This document shows positions 1 to 8,846 of a DNA stretch of 64,000 nt, piece by piece. The DNA is taken from the NCBI GenBank assembly GCA_045047305.1, contig JASFYO010000005.1:12277-76276 (forward strand). The letters are read 5' to 3'. Made by a program: the position numbers and the translations under genes. Source of the DNA: Planctomycetota bacterium. GTDB taxonomy: Bacteria > Planctomycetota > UBA1135. The notes under the pieces are model-generated. The model did not search any database and was not told the DNA's origin. It worked only from the letters and a program-made list of their open reading frames with translations. Within the stretch, counting starts at the first letter, position 1, and each line of letters begins with the position of its first letter.

Positions 1-1
1 G

Positions 2-1312
2 CAACAAGCCAAGACCATGAACACTTTGGCACAAAAATCTGCTGCCAAAAACCCGAGAGCAGCACCAGGCAGCAACGAGGCCAAGGCAATCGTGAACGCT
101 TACAGCAAAGCGATTTTGGCCTTCAAAAAGGTGAAACCGGAAAGCGCAAACTACGAGAAGTCCCTGCTAAAAGCCGCAGTATGTGAATACGAAAGTATTC
201 GCTTCGAACCTTCCGCTGCCGGCCGCTCGCTTGCAGCCCTGAAGTTCTATCTTGAGGATTACATCGCCAATCCGGCAAATGCTCCGAAGGATGGGGCACA
301 GCGCGCCGCGCGCCGTTCTACCGCGCCCGAAGCCGTCTCGTACCTTGGACGCACCTACCGCGCCTTGGCAAAAGCTGGCGATGACTCGGCCTGGCAAAAG
401 GTAATCGACACCTACGCGGACATGCTCGATCGCTTTCCGGACCAGCCCGACTTGGGCTACCTCGGCATGGCCTACCGCACGGAAGCATTCGTACGGCAGG
501 GCAAAATCACCGAAGCAGAAGCGGAATACCAGTCCATGTTGGATATCTCTGCTTCGCCAAACCGACTATCAGTCGCCGCCTACTCTTTATTCCTTCACTT
601 CAAAGCAGAAGATGAAAATGCAGTCGATGCAACAGCTAGCGGCGAAAATCGTTCGAAGGAAGCAGAGTACCTTTCAGCTTACAACTCCTTCTCTACCACC
701 AAACGCTGGGCCAACCTTTTGGGTGAAGCTGATTTGTGGATGCAACTTGGCAATTACGAGAAGTCGGCTGCTTTGTTCCAGCTAGTGCTAGACAAGTACG
801 CTACCGGCAAATCCTTCACCGAGGCCTTCCGCTTTAAGACTCAGATTGGCTTGGTGGAATCCTTGCTCCAACTGCGTCGTACCGGAGAGGCGATTCCTTT
901 GGTCAATAAGCTCTACGAGCAAAGTCCAAAAAACTTGCGCGTACGCTCCGCTGTGGTCAAAGTGAAGGCTGGATTCTTGGTCTACAACGGCATCCAAGTC
1001 CTGGAGGTCCCAGGAGAAGGAACGCCAGAGGCTCTGGCACTAGCAGCAACCATGGCATCGGAACTGATTAAAGTTGCCAAGTTTGAAGCCGACCGCCAAC
1101 AACCATCGATCAACCCATACGCTTACGCCCCTTGGTGGGAAGCGAAACTCAATCAGGGTTATGTACTTTACCAACAAGGTAAATCAGATCCTGCGCAAGC
1201 TGGTAAACACACCAAGATGGTTTCCAGCCTTCAAAGACAAGCACCTGACCTCGGCGAGTCGATTGCCGGCAAACGCATGTCACAAAGTCTCCTCTGGCTC
1301 CTGAATCACTAG
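2..1312 (+). CDS. TPR-like helical repeat protein, probably 5'-truncated by the window edge
   Basis: The frame is open from position 2 through ATG 17 to TAG 1312. Ala/Leu/Tyr-rich helical repeats (e.g. LGEADLWMQLGNYEKSAALFQLV). Lies 4 nt upstream of a second TPR gene. Confidence 0.7.
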   Translation, partial: QQAKTMNTLAQKSAAKNPRAAPGSNEAKAIVNAYSKAILAFKKVKPESANYEKSLLKAAVCEYESIRFEPSAAGRSLAALKFYLEDYIANPANAPKDGAQRAARRSTAPEAVSYLGRTYRALAKAGDDSAWQKVIDTYADMLDRFPDQPDLGYLGMAYRTEAFVRQGKITEAEAEYQSMLDISASPNRLSVAAYSLFLHFKAEDENAVDATASGENRSKEAEYLSAYNSFSTTKRWANLLGEADLWMQLGNYEKSAALFQLVLDKYATGKSFTEAFRFKTQIGLVESLLQLRRTGEAIPLVNKLYEQSPKNLRVRSAVVKVKAGFLVYNGIQVLEVPGEGTPEALALAATMASELIKVAKFEADRQQPSINPYAYAPWWEAKLNQGYVLYQQGKSDPAQAGKHTKMVSSLQRQAPDLGESIAGKRMSQSLLWLLNH

Positions 1313-1316
1313 ACCG

Positions 1317-2387
1317 ATGCTCCTAACCTGCGCACTTCTGTTTCCGATGTTGATGCCTGCGGCTCTCCCGCAGAGTCGAATTGCACGCCTTGATGGCGGC
1401 TACACCACTGGCAAGCTCACCGCTGCTGGTTTGGAATCCGTAACTCTTGAAGTCGGCCAAGGCGCATCCCGCGACTTCCCGTCCAACCAAATTATTTCGC
1501 TTAAGCCTGGCCCCCTTCCGGAACTTGTTTCCAAAGGTGAAGTCTTCCTTAAGGATCTCGATTTCCAAAATGCCACCAACTCCTTCGATGCGGCAAGTAG
1601 TGAAGATGGAGACTTTTGGCTCGCACCCTATGCGAGCTTGCGCCACGCGGAAGCTCTCCTAGCTTGGGCACAACAAGACCCAGCCCGTGCAAGTGATGCT
1701 GCCCGCGCCTTCCGCAGCTGGTCCGACGCAAACCCGGATAGCTACTGGTTACCACGTGCTCAAATGGGAGCAGCCAAGGCCATGGCTATGGCTGGCGACG
1801 TGGATGGCGCAACCTCGTTGATGCAAAAGCTGTCCGATACTGCCTTCGAGAGAAATCTCGGCCGCCACGTCGAACTGCAAGTCAATTTAGTGCGCTGCGA
1901 GGCATTCCTGCTTGGCGGCCAAGCAGAAGTGGCAGAAGCACGTCTGCGCGATCTCGTGGTCAAACTCGACAGCGCTGTCACTGACCCCAAAGCTGCTGAC
2001 GGAGCCAAGGCTCTATATCTTGCGATGAGTTCACGCGCCAAGATTCGCCTCGGCGACGCCATCACACAGAAGGATGGAGCGCGCACCGCAAGTAGCTACT
2101 GGCAAGGCTTAGCTTCCGACCGTAACGCAACCGCCGATGTCCGCGCTGCAGCCTGGATTGGAATCGCCTCTGCAGCACGCGAAAGCGGCAACCTGCGTCA
2201 AGCCCAGCTGCAGCTCGCGAAGGTCATCGCCACCCTGCCAGCCTCAGATGAGGTTATGGCACATGCCCTTTACGACTTGGGTGAAGTCTCCAAAGCCTTA
2301 GACAATAACCCAATCCCTGGTGAAACCTATCATCAGCGTCTGCGTGAGCAGTACCCAAACACCAGCTGGGCCGCCAAAGTCCGCTGA
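1317..2387 (+). CDS. Exported TPR-like protein
   Basis: Hydrophobic N-terminal signal peptide; TPR-like helices; C-terminal 'ALYDLG...LREQYPNTSWA' resembles CpoB/BamD-like TPR ends. Confidence 0.7.
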   Translation: MLLTCALLFPMLMPAALPQSRIARLDGGYTTGKLTAAGLESVTLEVGQGASRDFPSNQIISLKPGPLPELVSKGEVFLKDLDFQNATNSFDAASSEDGDFWLAPYASLRHAEALLAWAQQDPARASDAARAFRSWSDANPDSYWLPRAQMGAAKAMAMAGDVDGATSLMQKLSDTAFERNLGRHVELQVNLVRCEAFLLGGQAEVAEARLRDLVVKLDSAVTDPKAADGAKALYLAMSSRAKIRLGDAITQKDGARTASSYWQGLASDRNATADVRAAAWIGIASAARESGNLRQAQLQLAKVIATLPASDEVMAHALYDLGEVSKALDNNPIPGETYHQRLREQYPNTSWAAKVR

Positions 2388-2456
2388 TCCCCGGAGGCCC
2401 AGTCTGGGCCCTTCCTGATGGCATCCGTCCTAAGGCCTTCCCCGACGGCGGTTTGC

Positions 2457-2465
2457 TGCTAGAAT
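2457..2465 (+). promoter_or_regulatory. Putative extended -10 promoter (TGcTAGAAT) for exbB-exbD-exbD
   Basis: TGn+TAGAAT in the intergenic region, about 50 nt upstream of ATG 2515. Confidence 0.5.
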
Positions 2466-2514
2466 CTTTCCCTTCCCGGTGGAATCAACACCGAAACCCA
2501 ACGCGTCCATAGCA

Positions 2515-3234
2515 ATGTCCCGACTACGTTACCTCATGCTGGCTTCGACCAGCACCCTTATTTTTGCTGGCACCATCTTCGCTCAAGACGGTGAAGAAAA
2601 TGTCAAAGAAGGAGGCGCCAACTTCATGGAAGCCATTCAGAATGCAGGTGCTATTGGTTACCTCATCATTCTGATGTCCGTGGTGGCCATGGCTCTCATC
2701 ATTGAGCACTTCATGACTCTCAAGCGCGAGAAACTCGCTCCACCCGAGGTCATCGACGAAATCGAAGAGCTCTTCCAGGATGGCAACTACCAGGAAGCCC
2801 TTGAAGCTTGTGAGGCAAACCCTTGCTTCTTCTCCAACGTAACGGCCGCAGGCATCCGCAAGCTTGGCAACCCATTCGGCGCCATCGAGAAGTCCATCGA
2901 AGAGATGGAAGACGAGGAAAGCGTAAAGCTTCAGCAGAAGATTGGCTGGCTCTCCTTGATCTCCGGTATCGGCCCCATGATGGGACTGTTCGGCACGGTA
3001 ACGGGAATGGTGGGCGCGTTCGCGACCATCGGTTCTTCCGGTGCTGGCGGCGTGAACCCAGCTGACTTCGCAGCTGACATCTCTTTGGCACTGATGACCA
3101 CCGTACTTGGTCTGACCGTGGCAATCCCGACCACCGCGTTCTACGCCTTCTTCCGTAACAAGGTCTCTTTGGTGACCATGGAGATTAGTGCTGTGGTTGA
3201 GGACATGTTCGAGCGTTTCCGCGCTACCGAGTAA
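2515..3234 (+). CDS. exbB: MotA/TolQ/ExbB proton-channel family protein
   Basis: GPMMGLFGTVTGM and ALMTTVLGLTVAIP transmembrane motifs; N-terminal signal-like segment. Start ATG 2515 preferred over GTG 2479. Confidence 0.9.
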   Translation: MSRLRYLMLASTSTLIFAGTIFAQDGEENVKEGGANFMEAIQNAGAIGYLIILMSVVAMALIIEHFMTLKREKLAPPEVIDEIEELFQDGNYQEALEACEANPCFFSNVTAAGIRKLGNPFGAIEKSIEEMEDEESVKLQQKIGWLSLISGIGPMMGLFGTVTGMVGAFATIGSSGAGGVNPADFAADISLALMTTVLGLTVAIPTTAFYAFFRNKVSLVTMEISAVVEDMFERFRATE

Positions 3235-3256
3235 AGCGCAATGGGCTCATTGCTAA

Positions 3257-3282
3257 GGAATGGGGTGTTACCACCCCATTCC
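3257..3282 (+). other. Intercistronic perfect 11-bp hairpin between exbB and exbD1
   Basis: GGAATGGGGTG-TTAC-CACCCCATTCC with no U-tract; a smaller GCAATG/CATTGC stem lies just upstream (3238-3253). Confidence 0.7.
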
Positions 3283-3315
3283 GAACCCACTAGTCTGAAC
3301 AAGTAAGCAAATAAC

Positions 3316-3939
3316 ATGGCAAGACGACGCACCGCAGAGACCGAGATCGAGATCGACATGACCCCCATGATCGATATGACTTTCCTCTTAATCATCTTCT
3401 TCATTATCGTGAACGATATGTCGCAGAAGGATTTGGAAGAGCTCAAACTCCCGATCGCAATGGAGGCTGGTCACGATGACCCGCCAGAACGCCGTCAGGT
3501 ACTCAACGTACGTTGGTTCCCGGCAGGTGGGGTGACGGATTACGTCAAGAAGCAGTATGCCGAAATGGGCATCGGCATCCCCGATGACATGGAGTGGTCG
3601 GACATCGTGTGGAAAGGAAATATCCTTTACTACCCAAACATGGACACTGGTGGTCGTACCGACCCCATCCGCAAAGGCCGTCCGGACTACTACTGGCAGC
3701 TAGCGCAGACGATGGAGTTGGAATGGGTCCCCTACTTTGAGAAGAAGATGGATGACAAACTCGGCAAATTACTGCCGGATGACCCGGTACTTCTTCGCGC
3801 TGACCGCAACACCCCATTCAAGTACCTGCAGAAGATTATGGAAGTCTGCACGCGGGAGAACATCTTGATTTGGAAAGTGCAGTTCGCTGCATCTGAGGAT
3901 CCAGACGTGGTTGCTGCTCGCGAAGCCGCTAAGAAATAA
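3316..3939 (+). CDS. exbD: ExbD/TolR family protein (copy 1)
   Basis: DMTPMIDMTFLLIIFF transmembrane segment with the conserved Asp; C-terminal VLLRAD...V.F motif. Confidence 0.9.
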   Translation: MARRRTAETEIEIDMTPMIDMTFLLIIFFIIVNDMSQKDLEELKLPIAMEAGHDDPPERRQVLNVRWFPAGGVTDYVKKQYAEMGIGIPDDMEWSDIVWKGNILYYPNMDTGGRTDPIRKGRPDYYWQLAQTMELEWVPYFEKKMDDKLGKLLPDDPVLLRADRNTPFKYLQKIMEVCTRENILIWKVQFAASEDPDVVAAREAAKK

Positions 3940-3953
3940 GCAAGGTAAAGAAC

Positions 3954-4469
3954 ATGAGTAAAAAGAAGAAGAAGTTTGAAGAGATTAAGCCAGACATGAC
4001 GCCAATGATTGACGTCACCTTCTTGCTGCTGATTTTCTTCATTGTGACTCTGAAGTTCAAGGTTCTCGAAGGCCGCCTAGACGCCGCTCTTCCTAAGGAT
4101 CGTGGTACCAGCACCTCGGAAGCGGAAGAAATCGAAAAGCTCGACATCATGCTTTTCGTGGCAAATCCTGGCGAATTGGTGCCAGACAAGGACAATGAAT
4201 ACCTGAAGGTTTTCTCGGGCCGAAAGATTCGCGTCGAGATTGGTTCGCAGAAGTGGTATTACGATCCCTTCAACATTGATGATCCGGAAAACCCTCTTCC
4301 AGACCTAACTCGGTTCTTGCAGAATCCTGAATGGGACAAAGAGGAAACTCCAGTTTCGCTCGATGCTCGCAAAGGAATTGTTTACGGAGATGTCGTCGTC
4401 ATGCTTGATGTGATTGTCCGTGAGAAATTCAAAAAGGTCTCCTTCGCCGGAACCTTCGAGCAAGACTGA
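3954..4469 (+). CDS. exbD: ExbD/TolR family protein (copy 2)
   Basis: DMTPMIDVTFLLLIFF; C-terminal YGDVVVMLD...KVSF. Confidence 0.9.
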   Translation: MSKKKKKFEEIKPDMTPMIDVTFLLLIFFIVTLKFKVLEGRLDAALPKDRGTSTSEAEEIEKLDIMLFVANPGELVPDKDNEYLKVFSGRKIRVEIGSQKWYYDPFNIDDPENPLPDLTRFLQNPEWDKEETPVSLDARKGIVYGDVVVMLDVIVREKFKKVSFAGTFEQD

Positions 4470-4497
4470 GTTTCAGAACTAGGTAAATCCGCACGGG

Positions 4498-6069
4498 ATG
4501 AATGATCTCCCCCCTGTGCTCCCGGACTCCTCCTCGCCTAGCGGGGAGGAGTCCTCTCATGCGGAGCCATTGCGTCAGATTCTGCATCAAGCTGCAGATC
4601 AAGTCGCCGACTATTTGAGCAGCCTTGAAAGCAGGCCCATCTTCCCGGCATCCCCTACTGCACCAACCGGCCCCTTGGTACCTGAAGAAGGTGAAAACCT
4701 AAGTGAAGTTTTCACTGATTCCGCACAGTGGGCGATTGAAAATGCTGTCCATGTAGGCCATCCTGGTTATGTCGGGCACATGGATTCCGGAGTTGCCGTG
4801 GCTGGCATCTTGGGTGATTTCCTGGCCTCGGCGTTAAACCAAAACCTATTGGCCTTTGAATTAGCTCCAGGAGCCACTTTGCTAGAAAAACGCTTGCTGC
4901 GTTTCTTCGCCGACGAAGCGGGATTACCAACCACCGCTGGCGGCATTTTTACCACTGGCGGAACCACGGCAAATCTCACCGGACTATTGCTCGCACGTGA
5001 TGCAGCAAATCAAAGCGTCACTTACACAGGGTTAACCTCGGCGCCGACGCTGTGCGTTTTGGCAAGCGCCGATGCGCATTACTCCATTGCCAAAGCCTGT
5101 GCTGTTTTAGGCCTAGGCAGTGATCAAGTTTGCCCGGTTGCAGTTGCAGGACCGCAACGTCGAATGGATACAAACGATTTGCTACGTGCTTTTCAACAAG
5201 CACAAAAAGATGGCAAGCAACCGATTGCTGTTGTGGCTACCGCAGGCACCACAAGCTGCGGTGCAGTGGATCCAATTCCGCAAATCGCAGACTTCTGTCA
5301 ACAACATGGTTTGTGGTTGCACGTCGATGCCGCTCATGGAGGCGCCTTGCTATTACATCGCAAGGCGAAAAAACGGCTCGCTGGAATCGAACGCGCAGAC
5401 TCCATAACGCTAGATCCACATAAGTGGCTGTACGCTCCGAAAAGTGCCGGCATTCTTTTGGTGCGTGATGAAGCGAACCTAGTCACCGCGAATTACGATG
5501 CCCCCTATCTAGACCGTTTTCAAGAACACGGAGAGGCCATCCCGCTTAGCCAAGGCCGTCGCGCTCTGGATGGCAGCCGACGCTTTGATGCACTCAAGGT
5601 TTGGATGACTCTGCGCCACTTCGGGCGCAACGGTTTGGAGAAAATTCTTGATGGCCGCTTGGCGCTCTCCAAAGAACTTCATCTACACCTCGAACAGCAC
5701 CCTTTCTTCGAGCCCATGCACCAGCCAGACCTTAATGTTGTGGTCTTCCGCCCGCGCGATGCCGCACATTGGCCTGCGATTGCAGACGCCCACCGCCAGT
5801 TAGAGGCTGAGGGGCGCTTCTGGACCTCGTACACCCGTCTTGACGGCCAACAGTGCCATCGGATGGTGTTGATTAACCCGGCTACCACCGCAGCCGATTT
5901 GAAGCAAATATTGGACCACCTAAGCGTCGCCCATCAAACACTTTGGGGCAATTCTAGTCATCCCCAACATCTGTCCCCAAAAGGGCGTAGCGAGGCTCCT
6001 CAGGCGCTGCTACATTCTTCCCCTGACTATCGTCCAAAAGACGGTAGCCATGTGGCTGTAGGTGACTAA
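4498..6069 (+). CDS. Group II PLP-dependent amino-acid decarboxylase (start uncertain, possibly TTG 4570)
   Basis: GGTTAN, AHYSIAK, ATAGTT..GAVD, HVDAAHGG and DSITLDPHKWLYAP (PLP lysine) motifs. Confidence 0.9.
   Translation: MNDLPPVLPDSSSPSGEESSHAEPLRQILHQAADQVADYLSSLESRPIFPASPTAPTGPLVPEEGENLSEVFTDSAQWAIENAVHVGHPGYVGHMDSGVAVAGILGDFLASALNQNLLAFELAPGATLLEKRLLRFFADEAGLPTTAGGIFTTGGTTANLTGLLLARDAANQSVTYTGLTSAPTLCVLASADAHYSIAKACAVLGLGSDQVCPVAVAGPQRRMDTNDLLRAFQQAQKDGKQPIAVVATAGTTSCGAVDPIPQIADFCQQHGLWLHVDAAHGGALLLHRKAKKRLAGIERADSITLDPHKWLYAPKSAGILLVRDEANLVTANYDAPYLDRFQEHGEAIPLSQGRRALDGSRRFDALKVWMTLRHFGRNGLEKILDGRLALSKELHLHLEQHPFFEPMHQPDLNVVVFRPRDAAHWPAIADAHRQLEAEGRFWTSYTRLDGQQCHRMVLINPATTAADLKQILDHLSVAHQTLWGNSSHPQHLSPKGRSEAPQALLHSSPDYRPKDGSHVAVGD
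4524..4554 (+). terminator. Strong GC-rich hairpin downstream of exbD2, possibly a terminator
   Basis: GGACTCCTCCTCGC-CTA-GCGGGGAGGAGTCC (14 bp including one G-U); weak U-tract. Confidence 0.5.
6008..6016 (+). promoter_or_regulatory. Putative extended -10 promoter (TGcTACATT) for the secretin gene, inside the 3' tail of the decarboxylase ORF
   Basis: TGn+TACATT about 90 nt upstream of ATG 6109. Confidence 0.4.
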
Positions 6070-6108
6070 CCATAGCCTCAGTCCCAGCTCGGATCCCAAG
6101 CTTTCCCC

Positions 6109-8775
6109 ATGAACAGAACCCTGAAATCGGCTTCTTGCCTTAGCCTGACCCTCGCATTGTTTGCGGTGGGCTGTGCTTCACCCGACTCCTCAACACCCGA
6201 GGAAATGGTCGCCTCCAACGCCACTGGCTCCAGCAATGAACCTTTGTTCATGGATGCCACAGGCGGCGTTCAAGAACCTGGTTCGCAAGAGCCGGGAACC
6301 CAAGGCGTCATGGAGCAAGGCATCCAAGACTACTCATTGCGCGGCCAAAAGATTGCTCTTCTGGTACGCGAGCACGTTATGTCGGCGCGGATGGCCTATG
6401 CCGACGCCCGCCTGTTAGAAGCCGAGAACGAGTTGCTTGCGGCACTCAAGCTCGACCCAACGGCAACCGAAGCCCGTGGTCTTCTTGAGCAAGTGCAAGT
6501 GGCGCTCGGCAAAGCGAACAGTGACATCACTGGTTCCTCCGCCGATGTCTACCAGCAGACCTTGGCCCGCGCTGAGCGTCTGAAGGCAGACGCCGAAGCA
6601 AACCTCCAAGCTGGTCGTACCTACCTTATGGAAGGTGACTACGACGTCGCAATCGGCAAGCTGCGTTTGTCCCGCAGCATCATCATGGGTTCTGACCTGC
6701 GCATCGATTGGGGTGGCATGGAAGCAGAGGTCAACGCTCTGCTCGAGCAGGCGGAAGCCAACCGTGATCTTGCGGTAGCCGCACAACGCGATGAAGCTTC
6801 ACGCACCACCTTTAACGCGCTGCAGCAGAAACGTCAGATGGAACTCGAGCGGCGCAACTTGCGCCTCGATGCCATGCTCACTGATGCGATTGCATCCTTC
6901 GATAACTACGAGTTCGATCGCGCAATTGGCTTGTGCGAGGACATCTTGCGCGAAGACCCACTCAACGGTCACGCACGCGAGTTGATTGACAGCTCGCAGA
7001 AGGCACGTCACAACAACTTGGAGGAGTCTTGGGTCCAGAAGCGTTCCGAGCGCTACAACAGCTGGCTTGCCGATATTGCAGAAGCTCGCGTGCTCAGCAC
7101 CGAGATCATGCAGATGCCAGACCCGGCACATTGGGCGCAGCTCTCCAAACTGCGGGAACGCTTCCGCGTCACCACCATTGATGATGCCGACTCCGAGCTC
7201 AACATGGGCCTGATGACCGACATCACCAACCAGCGCATCCCGAGCCTCATCTTCGAAGGTGAGACCTCGCTCGATACCGTGGTGGACCAACTGCGTACCT
7301 TTACCAGCATCCCGTTCGTAGTCACTCCAGATGCCATCGACGCCGTCGATAGCGAAGGTATTGAGTTCAACCTCAACATGACTCACGAACTGAGCGTCAT
7401 GAACGCCCTCAACATCATCACCGATGTTGCCGGTGAGGGTGTGACTTACACCTTCCGTCACGGGGTGGTTTACATCACCTCCACCGAGAAGGCGAACGCG
7501 AACATGATTCTGCGTCTGCACGATGTGCGTGACCTTACTGCCATGATCGTCGATCACGCTGGTCCAAAGATTCAGGAGATTCGCCTTCCAGATGGCGAGT
7601 ACGACGACGAAGACGGCCCACAGTTTGGTGGCGTTGTTGGAGAAGCCGTGCCGTTGATGGATCCAGATAACCTCGTCACCTTAGTGCAGCAAGGCGTCAG
7701 CCCTGCAAGCTGGGAAAACGATGGTGCTTCGATTCAAGCATTGAATGGTCAACTGGTGGTACGCACCACCCCTGAGATCCACCAAGAGATCCAGGACTTC
7801 CTTGGCGGCTTCCGTCGCTACACCTCTTCCATGGTGCACATTGAGGCTAAGTTCCTCACCATCACCAAGGATTACCTTCAGGAAATCGGTGTAGATTGGC
7901 GCGGTAATGGTGGCAACTCTTCCCCACTTGAGCTCACCAACCTCGACGACGTCACCTCTGGCTTCGATGACAATGCTTCCCTTGCATTAGACAACAATGG
8001 GCCTGGACTTCCTTCTGGTGCAGACTCCAACCCATCTGCGGGTGCCTACTTCAACGATTTCAGCGACGGCGACTTCCGTGCGCGTACCGAGAACATCCTC
8101 GGTTCTTACGGTTCACGCCTTGGAACTGCTGGTGGACTTGCCATGCAGCTCTCCTTCCTGGATGACCTGCAGTACAGCTTGATTCTCAACGCTGTTGAGA
8201 AGAACTCGCACGCACAGGAGCTCACCTCCACCATCCTTTCGGCGCAGAACACCCAGCGTGCCTACGCCACGATGCTAAACCAGATCACCTATGTGCAGGA
8301 CTTCGATGTGGAGGTCGCGCTTGCGTCCTTCATCGCAGACCCAATCATCGGCGTGATCTCCGATGGCATCGTTCTGGATGTGCGCCCAACCATCGCGCAA
8401 AACCGTAAGTACATTACTTTGGAACTGCGCCCAACGGTGGCCACCATTGTGCAGCCAATCCAGGAGTTCACCTCCTCCCTGGCAGCACTAACCACGCCGA
8501 TTACCATCCAACTCCCGGAGTTGCAGGTCTCTTCTGCGAACACCACTGTGGTGGTTCCAGACGGCGGCACCGTGGTGATTGGTGGACTCAAGAAGCTGTT
8601 CAACATTGATCAGCGCTCTGAGATTCCTTTCCTCTCCGATATCCCTGTCCTCAGTCTCCTGTTCAAGACTGAAGGTGAGGCGGAAGAGAATAAGGATGTC
8701 ATCCTGATGATCCGCGCGACCATCATCGATGCCAACGAAATGCAGGACGGCCTCGACGCCCAACTAGGCAACTAG
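6109..8775 (+). CDS. Lipoprotein secretin (GspD/PilQ-like) with TPR-like N-terminal region
   Basis: Lipobox LFAVG-C. N3-like domain (QLVVRTTPEIHQEI). Secretin core motifs VHIEAKF, GIVLDVRPTI and NTTVVVPDGGTVVIGGL...IPFLSDIPVLSLLF. Confidence 0.9.
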   Translation: MNRTLKSASCLSLTLALFAVGCASPDSSTPEEMVASNATGSSNEPLFMDATGGVQEPGSQEPGTQGVMEQGIQDYSLRGQKIALLVREHVMSARMAYADARLLEAENELLAALKLDPTATEARGLLEQVQVALGKANSDITGSSADVYQQTLARAERLKADAEANLQAGRTYLMEGDYDVAIGKLRLSRSIIMGSDLRIDWGGMEAEVNALLEQAEANRDLAVAAQRDEASRTTFNALQQKRQMELERRNLRLDAMLTDAIASFDNYEFDRAIGLCEDILREDPLNGHARELIDSSQKARHNNLEESWVQKRSERYNSWLADIAEARVLSTEIMQMPDPAHWAQLSKLRERFRVTTIDDADSELNMGLMTDITNQRIPSLIFEGETSLDTVVDQLRTFTSIPFVVTPDAIDAVDSEGIEFNLNMTHELSVMNALNIITDVAGEGVTYTFRHGVVYITSTEKANANMILRLHDVRDLTAMIVDHAGPKIQEIRLPDGEYDDEDGPQFGGVVGEAVPLMDPDNLVTLVQQGVSPASWENDGASIQALNGQLVVRTTPEIHQEIQDFLGGFRRYTSSMVHIEAKFLTITKDYLQEIGVDWRGNGGNSSPLELTNLDDVTSGFDDNASLALDNNGPGLPSGADSNPSAGAYFNDFSDGDFRARTENILGSYGSRLGTAGGLAMQLSFLDDLQYSLILNAVEKNSHAQELTSTILSAQNTQRAYATMLNQITYVQDFDVEVALASFIADPIIGVISDGIVLDVRPTIAQNRKYITLELRPTVATIVQPIQEFTSSLAALTTPITIQLPELQVSSANTTVVVPDGGTVVIGGLKKLFNIDQRSEIPFLSDIPVLSLLFKTEGEAEENKDVILMIRATIIDANEMQDGLDAQLGN

Positions 8776-8789
8776 GTCTCCCGTAAACG

Positions 8790-8832
8790 AAAAGAGCCGC
8801 TCTCCTATCAAGGAGGGCGGCTCTTCTTTTTT
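8790..8832. terminator. Bidirectional rho-independent terminator
   Basis: AAGAGCCGCTCTCCT-ATCA-AGGAGGGCGGCTCTT, followed by CTTTTTT and preceded by an A-tract, between convergent genes. Confidence 0.85.
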
Positions 8833-8846
8833 GGAGTCGTTAAGTG

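Noticed and set aside
6415..8763. Long antisense ORFs opposite the secretin (e.g. 6799-7557), and similar ones opposite the SLC13 gene, the HEAT lipoprotein gene, fusA2 and the giant lipoproteins
   Set aside because: These are shadow ORFs expected from codon bias and high GC. They have no recognisable motifs and fully overlap well-supported genes.
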